Positions 54,487 through 64,000 of a DNA stretch of 64,000 bases are shown piece after piece. The stretch is taken from assembly GCF_037042905.1 (NCBI RefSeq), contig NC_087245.1, forward strand, positions 34,722,001 through 34,786,000, in the 5' to 3' direction. The notes beneath the pieces are model-generated. The model made no database searches and was not told the origin of the DNA. It saw only the letters and a list, made by a program, of their open reading frames with translations. The position numbers and the translations under genes are program-made. How positions within the stretch are numbered: position 1 is the stretch's first letter; each line of letters begins with the position of its first letter. The DNA is from Lytechinus pictus. Its lineage: Eukaryota.

Positions 54487-54738
54487 TGCTACCCTCTACG
54501 TTAGTAGATGGTAGCTATCCGAAAAACGTACTATACATACACTGCACTGACGTTGCTGCTGAGCTGGGATAAATCCGGGATCGGGACCGGGAGCCAAGGC
54601 CAAGCAAGGGATTTCTAAATCTAATATTACTCTTTGTAAGCAGGATCAAGAATAGATGCAGTTGCATGAAACCCGATTGTTTTACCAAATGATGAAATAA
54701 GAGCTTGCTGTGGATTTCGGCGCACTGGATTTCTTCAG
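54487..54738 (+). promoter_or_regulatory. Putative promoter and non-coding first exon of an unidentified plus-strand gene
   Basis: Shared motif TGCTACCCTCTACGTT, CpG-rich unique sequence, CAG|GTATTT donor at 54739. Confidence 0.4.
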
Positions 54739-54987
54739 GTATTTACCGTAGGCGTAACGTGTCGTTAGGCTTAGCACTGGCGTAAATCCGTGTTGATGGG
54801 TGGGGGGGATGACTGAAATATTTTGGCATTTTTTTGCAATCATGTTTTTAGATATGCAAGGAATTGTCATTGATACACAGTGGCGACGGTGGGTCACGGC
54901 ATTGGGGGGGGGGGCACCAGCAAAATTTTTGAATGACTGAGTGAGTGACCTAATTGTATATAGCCTAGAGACATTTTAAGGACAATG

Positions 54988-55745
54988 CCCGGGGGGGCCA
55001 CTTACAATTGACGAGTGGATACCATGCGCGACCAAAAAAAACACGTAAAAAGGCACTCATGGGATCAATGCATCTCGCGTGCGAAGGATTCATATGCACA
55101 TGGTGCACGCGAATTTTTCACACCCTTTTTACTAAAATAACTAAGCCATTCGGCATTCCTTTTAAAATAATGTTTCTAATTGTGCTATGACACTTACCGA
55201 ACCATATGGATCGTTTCTTGTCTTCTCTTTGGTGTGTTTTTAAGAAAAAAAATGCATTTTCTCGTGATCTTCACGTAGATACCGCAGGGTAATTGTGGTT
55301 GTAAACTTTTGCTTAAAGAGGGCGCGCGATATTATTCACAAGATGTTTGTTTACGGTTCTGCAGCTTGTACTGCTAGCTGCATTTTAGACGCTCAGCATT
55401 ATTTTCCTCTTTCTGTTTTTTTTTTGCTGTCAAGCGGTATTTTCTATTGTAGCGCCATCAGCAATGATGAAATGTAAAGAGTCGCCTTGAAATGAAGAAA
55501 AATTATGTCACATTAATTCGTTAGTTTGTGTCCTATTTTTTTTCACTTTTTTCTTCTTCCTCATCTATGATCAAAGGTGAATACCTTTTTTTGATATAGC
55601 TGGACATTTTAAATATTTTGTTCAAGTAAATAAATCAACAGGATAGTAATCAAAATGCGATAGAGCTGCCCGAGCTGAAAATTCTGATACAAGGACTTGA
55701 AAATAAAACATTCTGAGCACTTTTTATAACCATGATGAGGAGACC

Positions 55746-55785
<40 letters not shown>

Positions 55786-55836
55786 AAGTTATACATGTAC
55801 TACTTTGGCAACTCTTTTATTTAAATATTGTGTGAA

Positions 55837-55872
<36 letters not shown>

Positions 55873-55889
55873 CTTGATTTATTTACGCC

Positions 55890-55930
<41 letters not shown>

Positions 55931-58372
55931 ATGTATATGAAATAAGCTAACACGAAAAAAATACGTTTTGGGGACTGTTAAATAAGAATTCATGAGTGGG
56001 ATAGGTAACTATCTATTCTATTCTTGTTCGTTTTCTATTATTATTTGTGTGTTGTGTTTATTTTTCTTGAAGCACCAAAAGGTGGACATGTCCGCTAAGA
56101 TATATTAACGAAGTCACCATTATTATCACAAGCTAACGGATCAATTAAAATGTGAGCGTGAAACGTAAGCTTCTTTTTTTCTTAATTCAGTCTTAACGAT
56201 ACTTTTTCATCATATTTTAAAGGTGAATCTCATGATTCAAAATGATAAATGCTTGTCGCACGGGCAGAAATAGCGGGACCAATAGTTATTTTCAATATTC
56301 CGAACTGCATTCTGGACGTTGTATAAGCGCCTTTGTATAACAATTAAAAGGGTAGGTCTATTTACCTTACAAATTATGCGAGCGCTGAACTTTTGGACAT
56401 TTAAACCTTAACAAATGGACATTTTTTAAATATGAACAACATCATAAATGTCACTTACAAAAATGATGCCAGCGCGAAGCTCGCGCTTAGAGTTTTTGAT
56501 ATTGATGACAGGACTGTATCTAAATGAAAAATAATGCGAGGGCATTTGCGCTTAAGATTTAAATTTGGGATTTGAAAAGTCCGACAGATTACCTATACTT
56601 TTAAAAGAGGAATGACCTCCAGAATTCAAGCGCGAAGCGCCAGTAGATTTATGTTAAAGTTTAGACCTAGAACAGGGACGTTGAACCTTTATAATCATGA
56701 AAAAGATGGTATTTTTATAAATAAAACATGGGAGTCTAATTTTGTTTTAGTGTTAATATTCAGATCTTCAAACTTGACATTTTCCTATCCCCTTCATTAT
56801 CCCCTCTCCTTCTCCCTTTCCCCATTTTCGTTCTCCCTTCTTTTCTTCTCTCCCTTTCCCTTCCCTTTTTCGCTTTTCCTTTCCCTTCTTTTCTTTCCTT
56901 TCTCCCTCCCCTATATACTCTTTTCTCGCTCTTTCCATTTTTCTTTCCCTCTCCCTTCCCCTCTTCCTTTCCTTTGTTTTCTTTCTATTTTATGGTCTCC
57001 TTTTCCCTCTCTCTCCTCTACCTTTCCCCCTCCCTTTTCCTTTCCCTTTCCCTCTCCTTTTTTGTGCAAACATTAACACGAACATCTTGCTTCCTACACA
57101 CACACACAAACGCCCGCAATCTAACACACGTAATGCGAAACAATCGGGACATTATCATTTTATTCATACATATATATGTATATTTTCTCAATGAACATTT
57201 TCATCTATTTAAAGCTTTGAAAATTATCAAACAATGATTCCACAGGCGAAATCTCAATGATCATTAGAAAGGTACTTTACCCATTTTCATTTTATGTCAT
57301 TGTGATTATTCCATACTAAGGCAACATATTTTGGATATAAAAATACGTGAAGGATATGTTGCTCTTCTGTTTTATACTTTAACAGAAAACATTTTGTTCA
57401 ACCAAATTATGATTTGTATTTCCAAGTTCCATGTAATATTTTCATTGGAAAATCTCTTAAAGGTCAAGTGCACCCCAGAAAAAATTGTTTGAATAAATAG
57501 AGAACTATGTTGATTTTTGGTACAATTTCCTATTATGCGCCGACGACTTGAATCGAGAATGTTCGATAGGAAAATTTCGCATTTCGATTGTTGTTTGCGT
57601 AATTTCCACCGCAGTACGAAGGATGACTAAGGACGGACCGAGCGAAGTATCCTGGTTGAGATTTGGAGGTAAGCGATAAAAACACTTTAATAAATAATTT
57701 ATAATTGCTTTTTGAAATAAACTTGATCATACGATCAAGATTAACATAGTGGACAAATATTGAAAGGTTTGGCGTAGTTTAGTCCCTCACATTCGTGTGA
57801 TGGATGAAAACGTCAAAATGCACTATGAAATCACATGTGTTGTGCGAGGTTAGTATACTAACCTCGCATGTTGTGTGAGTGGTAAAAAGGATGTCTTTTT
57901 CAAGATAGGACACGTTAAGTACGTAACGTAATAAGGGTGTAAAAAACACTAAAATAATGAAAAAAGGGTATCTATTTTGCTAGGAAAGCTACGTGTTTAG
58001 GGTCGAATTTGCGAGGGTATAAAAATCAAGACTAAAATGTTTTATAAAGGATGTACTTTTTGCTCCAAGAGTCAACACTACGTGTTTAGAGTATGATTTG
58101 CGCGAGTTGGGCTGTTAAACCCATGCAATGATGTAGGTAAAGGTAAAACCGACGTCCGTGACATACCGCTGTACTTGTTTAGGGGTTCAATTCAGGGAAT
58201 ACTTGCAATTAGTATCGTTTTGTTTCCAATACTTGTTAAGGGTAGGGTTTCACACGCCAATACGTATTGAGGGGTGCAATTTTAGAATATGGAAAATACG
58301 TGTTTAGGGTGCTTATTGAGATCTCATGGTCGCGCATGGTATCCACTCGTGAATGGAAGTGGCCCCCCCGGG
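54988..58372. mobile_element. Unclassified DNA element with CCCGGG termini
   Basis: ~45-bp imperfect TIR CCCGGGGGGGCCACTT...ACGAGTGGATACCATGCGCGACCA; 8-bp TSD GGACAATG; related copy at ~14035-14690. Confidence 0.88.
55054..57881. mobile_element. Inserted element with a 9-bp TSD (MULE-like by TSD length only)
   Basis: CACTCA...TGAGTG termini flanked by GTAAAAAGG at 55045-55053 and 57882-57890. Confidence 0.7.
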
Positions 58373-59876
58373 GGACAATGTCATTAAACGGATATGTATC
58401 TCACTGTCGTCACTGATCAAATAATGCGTGCGCGAAGCGCGAGCTGAAATCTTTTATATTCACACCTAAAAAGGGACATTATAATCAAATTTGTGTAATC
58501 ATGATAGGTACCTGTCTCGCTTAACAATTCGAGCGCGAAGCGCGAGCTGAAAACTTAGATAATTCAGACCTAAAGTGGGGCATTCTAAGGTTCCTGAATT
58601 AACTAGGACCATATGTATTTCATTAACCAAATGATGCGAGCGCGAAGCGCGAGCTGAATATTTTTGATGTTCAGATCAGAAGAAGGGACATTTTAAGGAC
58701 TGATTTTAGGAATTCATGAAGAGCAGACATATCTCACCAATCCACTAATGCGAACGTAATCACAGACAGGAAATGTTTCATATATATACGAAGACCTTAA
58801 CATGGGGCAATCACTTTTGAGTCATGAAAAAGAAGCATATGTCACTACATAAAACAATGATAACTCAAGTGCTAGGAAATATATTTGGTTTATATTGACT
58901 TGAAAACGGGATGTTTTAGTACAACAGGATTATATATCTCGTTAAACAGACAATGCGAGCACCAGGATCAATGAAGACGTAGGCCCTGGGCCAATTATTT
59001 TTCATAAAGTTATGATAAAAATGTTTCTTATGTAATGTAACTTCACATAGTTATAATATAATATAACATTCTAATGAATAATATTTTCTTCTTTCCCACT
59101 ACGTTTCTCTTCCTTTCTCCCTCTTTTCTCCTTTTCCCCCTTTCCCCTTTTCCCCCTTTCCCCGTTTTTTTTTTGTCAGCCGATGGGGGGGGGGGGGAAG
59201 ATGTGCCCCCCATGTCCCCCGTAGTTACGCCACTGTATGTCCATATGGCAAATACCCCTCCAATATTATTATCTTTTTTACCCCATGATGGTTTAATGGT
59301 TTTATTAGAGATTACATTCAACAAATTTTTGACATTCCATCTTAATCCCTTCCCAAAGACCCCAACATTGATGAATTGGAAGAAATGGGGGTTTCTCTTC
59401 AATGTTATAATAAGGACATAAGTATTTCGTTTGGAAATGGTGAACTGGCTCTTTATTTGCATTTTATGATTCAATAATATTATTTTATTTGTTAAGCGGT
59501 ATTTTTGGAAGAATTTTCACCAATAAAACAATTATCTCTTGTGATTTTTTTTTCATTTCTTTCGTAAAAAGTGGGGGGATGTTTGTACAGGCCATCCCCC
59601 CCTCCTTGAAAAGTGGGGGGGATATATCCCCCCATCCCCCCGGGATTTACGCCAGTGAGGCTTAGGCCCTACCCAGTTTTCATTGTCTTGTGTCCGGACG
59701 ATCAATTTTTTCAGAAAGTCATTTGGAAAAAATTACAAGCGAAGTGTCATCAATTTTTAGTACAAAATGTTAGAAAATTATAGAGAACAAAATAGGAGGT
59801 GATTACAACTATTGAATTCATATTTTCAGACAAAAAAGACAAAAAAAGAAGGCTTCAAAAATATATATTATATATA

Positions 59877-61690
59877 CACAACAAAAAAAGTAAGTCCCCC
59901 ATGGTTTAAGCTTAAAAAAACAAACATCAATAATTTCCGAACCAATGCGAGTTTTTAATATATTTTTACATGAGCGTGTAGGTAATTTTATAAGCTACCC
60001 TCTGAGAAAATGTTATGGAAGTATTTTACGTCATGCTTCATTGAGCACCGTCAGAAGGCAAAAATGTCACTTTTCAAAAGTCACAAGCCAAATATCATAA
60101 CTTCGATTCCATTTTATTGGAACTAATTCCACATTCTCAATCTCATCATGAAAAATAGTCAGAAGGCTTGTAAAAGGTACTTTCTAAAAGACGATGCAAC
60201 TTTTTTGCTAAATTTCATGGGTGAATAAACGCAAGTCCAAATTTGCTAAAATTTGATTTTTTACACATTATTATCAATTAAAATGATAGAATATGATGGT
60301 AGTTATTTTTGGGAAGAGTATCTTCAACAATATTCATTGTTTCACGGTTCAATGAACAATTGTTGAAAACAAAAAATACGATTTTCAAATATCATAGGCA
60401 AGTATTGTTTCATTTCGGTTACTGGAACTGATCTTTTATCAACTTTTTTGTTGTGTTCATGAGCAATTAACATGCTTCAATGATTCAAAGGTGTTTAATT
60501 AAACATTCACGCTTGAATGAACATGTGGAATGTGATTAGCTCTTTTTTACGTTATTGGAAAAAATGCAATTTGTAACTATGGATATCTGTCACAAACCTC
60601 CTTGCATGGTTCATTTGATTTGATTTTTATGAAAATCCCGATGTTTAATGCATCAGTGAGCACACAATATTTGAAAATTATGCAAATGAGAAGAAAGTTC
60701 AAGGCCTTGGCCCCACTTTGTGCCGTATTGAATGGTTATTTTGGAGTGCGCGTCTTTTGTGCAAAAATGAACTCGATTTGTTTATTTATGCATGAGTGAG
60801 CAAGCATCAAAGTGGGAAAATGGGTATTTTCAATGTAACAGACTCATTTTAAAGGGTAATAAGGTGAATATTGGGGGCAAATTCGGTTTCAAATGTGACT
60901 TTAATTGTTTTTATCAACCATCATTTCTATCACCCCACACTTTCCGAACTTTTAACATTTTCATGGTTGAGCGAGCACATTCGAAAACTTAGGAATGAAT
61001 ACTCTTTATACTGCATAAATGTATTATTTTCCTAACAATTTTTATGATCAGTTTAATTTATGGACAAATCAGTGGTGGATCCAGAATTTTAAAATGGGGG
61101 AGGGGGCTATAATCGGGGGAGCCACCAACATTTTCAAATTTTAACATGACCTAACAAGTTTGTAGAGGATACTACCATAAACCCCTATGATATTACGTGT
61201 GGGGAGGGGCTGAGCCAAAAGTGGGGGGGGGGGGGCTGACCGTGCAAAAAATCACAATCGTATGGTCATTTTTACATTTTTGTACATGCTTTTGGAAAAA
61301 AGTGGGGGCTGAGCCCCCCACCCCGCTTCCGCGACCCCTGCAATATTGTGCTCACTCAACCATGAAAATAAGATATCAAAATTGTGTGTGAAGTGGCTAA
61401 ATGATGGATAATAAAACAGCATTAACACCATAAAATTCACCTAAAAACAACTTTTGCCCAACTTTGTATTTGCACAATCTGAAAAACGACTCTTGTGACT
61501 TTCAAAAATGGTCATTTTTAATTCAATCTTTGATTACTCATGCATGACTCAACCGATCAGTCTCATTTTTCCCCATGAGTTGCTTAATGAGTGTAGGAAA
61601 CCACTTACGAAATATCATATCTCAAAATAATTTCGTTCAAAAGTTACAGCAATTTGATTTGAATAGGGGGGACTTACTTTTTTTGTTGTG
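59877..61690. mobile_element. Tc1/mariner-type non-autonomous element
   Basis: TA TSD; perfect 24-bp TIR CACAACAAAAAAAGTAAGTCCCCC; no transposase ORF. Confidence 0.85.
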
Positions 61691-63930
61691 TATAGATCTA
61701 CGTAAGTGTCAGTATACCCAACCCTCCATCCTACCCGGTATTCGGTAATCGGTATAGATCTAGACCCAAAAAACAAAATCTTCGGTCTCTGTGACTGTGA
61801 TATTGGCTTTGGTTGGCTATAACCTCGTTTGTAGGATGAGTGGTTGTTCCTAGCCTCGAGGACTTCGTGATGATATTTTGCCATTTATACTTCTTCATCA
61901 CGAAGCCTTGAAACTCTTCCCATAGTTATAGACACATTTAAGCGAGACTAGACAGCTGGCAGCTGTCTGTTCCAAGGAGTTTTTTAATTTTTTTTTTTTT
62001 TTAATTCTCCTCGTACACAGACGACTTGCTATCGTGCAGCCACCATTAGGGGGTTAACAATGCGAAATCCCCCGATGGGGCTCATCGATTTTTGTCTTTA
62101 TTTCATAAAAATATAGAAAAAGAATTGTACCAAAATAAAGATTATTCAGTTTTAGCCTCAAATGCACCAAAACGGGGAAAAATAAACTTAAAAGGGGAAA
62201 AAACAGTGACTTACTTCGGCTGTCGCGCAACTTCACTTCCCTGTTTAGTCCGAACTTAATACATAAACATATGGCTATTTATAGTCCCTGTACAGATCGA
62301 GCTAGAACTTCGGTATCTGTATTTGGTGAGTGGAGCCAACGGAGTTCAGCGGAACAACCAACATAACAGAGACCGAAGCTTTTGGTCTAAAGCGAGACCT
62401 ACACACCTGGATGGATTTCAATAGGAAATCCATATTTAGAGGGTGAAATCGATATGTATGTATTTTATTTATGAACCTACATACGCCTAATGCATATGTA
62501 GGGATAAAAATTATGTGAAAAATTAGAGGTTTCTTACCAGACCGATCTCTTGTAGATCCCTCGATCCGTTTGTCAACAAAGCAAATACAATAGAGTTGAC
62601 CCTTGAACCGCTTCGTTATGATGTACCTTCGATTAGCGATGTTACAAAATGCCGAACAATTTATAGATAAAAATTATTATTTAAAGAAATAATAAAATCT
62701 AATACGTGATTATAAATAATTATTATTCGTATTACTCCGTTTGCTCCACTCAGCAATTACCAAAGTTCTAACTCAATCTGTACAGGGACTCAATAGCCAT
62801 AGATCTACATGTTGTATGTATGAAGTTCGGATATACCAGGGAAGTGGAAGTTGCGCAACAGCCGAAGTAAATCACTGTTTTTTCCTTTTAAGTTTTTTTC
62901 CCCCCGTTTTGGTGCATTTCAGGCCAAGACAGAATAATAACTTTCATTTTGGTCCAGTTCTCTTTATATTCTGGTATTTTTATGAAATAAAGACAAAAAT
63001 CAATGAGCCCCGTCAGGGGGGTTTTGCAATGTAAACCCCCTAATGATGGCTGCACAATCGAGAGCGGTCTGTGTACGAGGAGAAATTAAAAGAAAATTAA
63101 AATGTTAAAAAACTCCTCCAAACAGACGGCTGCCAGCTGTCCGGTGTTGGTGTTGGAAGCACAGTAATGTGGATTGCTTCCCCTAGCTCCAAAACCTATT
63201 CTGAGTTTTTTAAACTGATCCAAATCACATTATTGACACCCCAACAACTAGTGAGTGAATTTTCAGGACCATCTTAATTGTTTGCTGAACATTATATACT
63301 CGTGTAAAAAATGACGTAACAACAACACCAAAAGGTTAACACTGAACTTGAAATCACCCAATGCGGTCTGACTGGGAACTGTCTCAAATACTTTATAAAT
63401 AGTAATCCATTTGACCCTACCATTCTTGAGCAGTGAACTAAAACACTAAAAGGCAGCCTTATTCACCCCATGCACTCTCCCCCAAATTGTCTGATAGCCT
63501 AGACTAGACGTATTGTCAGCTTTAATATAATTGCTAAAAAACCACTTCCATTAACAGCAAAAAATCAATGGAGAAATCTGAAATTTATTTGGAAGTATAA
63601 AATGAATGGGTGTTCGAAAGGCATGGTCATATGAGAAAATTTGTGGGGTTGTTTTTATAATTCTGCTGCTCATCAGATAAAAGTAAGCATTTCTCATAAA
63701 ATGATTTTACAGTTTCTTGAGAAGTTCAGAAGGGTTTCCGAAAATAGCTACTGCTGCAACATACATGCATTGTGTGTTCCTCATGAATCTGTATTTATAA
63801 CAAGGATTGTTGTAAAGGAGCAAAAGAGTAAAAAACAAAAACAAAAAGAACACTAAAATTGTTCTTTTACTCTGTTTACAGGAAATTGAGAGCTGCAGAT
63901 ATCCACTTGGACATCTGACAGGCATCCACC

Positions 63931-64000
63931 ATGGCCGATGATGGCAATACCGCGGAGGGGGTTCAGTTAGTAGGAGATCCTAGAACGGCACCAGGCCAAG
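63931..64000 (+). CDS. Probable first coding exon of an unidentified gene (truncated by the window)
   Basis: Strong acceptor ttcttttactctgtttacag at 63881; in-frame upstream TGA; ideal Kozak CCACCATGG; open frame MADDGNTAEGVQLVGDPRTAPGQ to the window end. Confidence 0.65.
   Translation, partial: MADDGNTAEGVQLVGDPRTAPGQ

Larger units (their letters stand above)
54775..59657. mobile_element. hAT-like element (outer shell of a four-level nest)
   Basis: TIR CACTGGCGTAAATCC; 8-bp TSD AGGCTTAG at 54767-54774 and 59658-59665. Confidence 0.88.

Noticed and set aside
56612..57237. F/S/P/L-rich ORFs (also 28835-29140, 41287-41592, 47229-47552, 59074-59421)
   Set aside because: Artefacts of polypurine/polypyrimidine low-complexity tracts, with no splice or homology support.

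Overview
AT-rich, repeat-dense eukaryotic (animal) genomic DNA. The repeat repertoire (Deu-domain and CORE SINEs, CR1/L2 LINEs, many MITEs) suggests an invertebrate deuterostome such as a sea urchin; this is inference. Two complete spliced genes lie on the minus strand. SLC25A32 (mitochondrial folate/FAD carrier) has 7 coding exons at 13625->4469, 316 aa, and a probable non-coding exon 1 near 17.3-17.4 kb. STT3A (oligosaccharyltransferase catalytic subunit) has 15 coding exons at 45483->23426, 710 aa, and a probable non-coding exon 1 near 48.2 kb. A third, unidentified plus-strand gene probably starts near 54.5 kb, with its ATG at 63931 running off the window. Introns and intergenic DNA are filled with SINEs, LINE fragments (one with an intact 432-aa RT ORF) and non-autonomous DNA elements, several nested with verifiable target-site duplications. 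The most notable observations are: a U12-type minor intron in STT3A; a near-identical CTCF-like 16-23 bp motif in the same orientation at all three putative promoters; degenerate hammerhead-ribozyme remnants in an SLC25A32 intron; SINE tails abutting two STT3A 3' splice sites; and a four-level transposon nest beside the third promoter. No prokaryotic system, CRISPR array or clearly new multi-gene system is supported. Exon boundaries were read manually, and the summed exon lengths give open frames.
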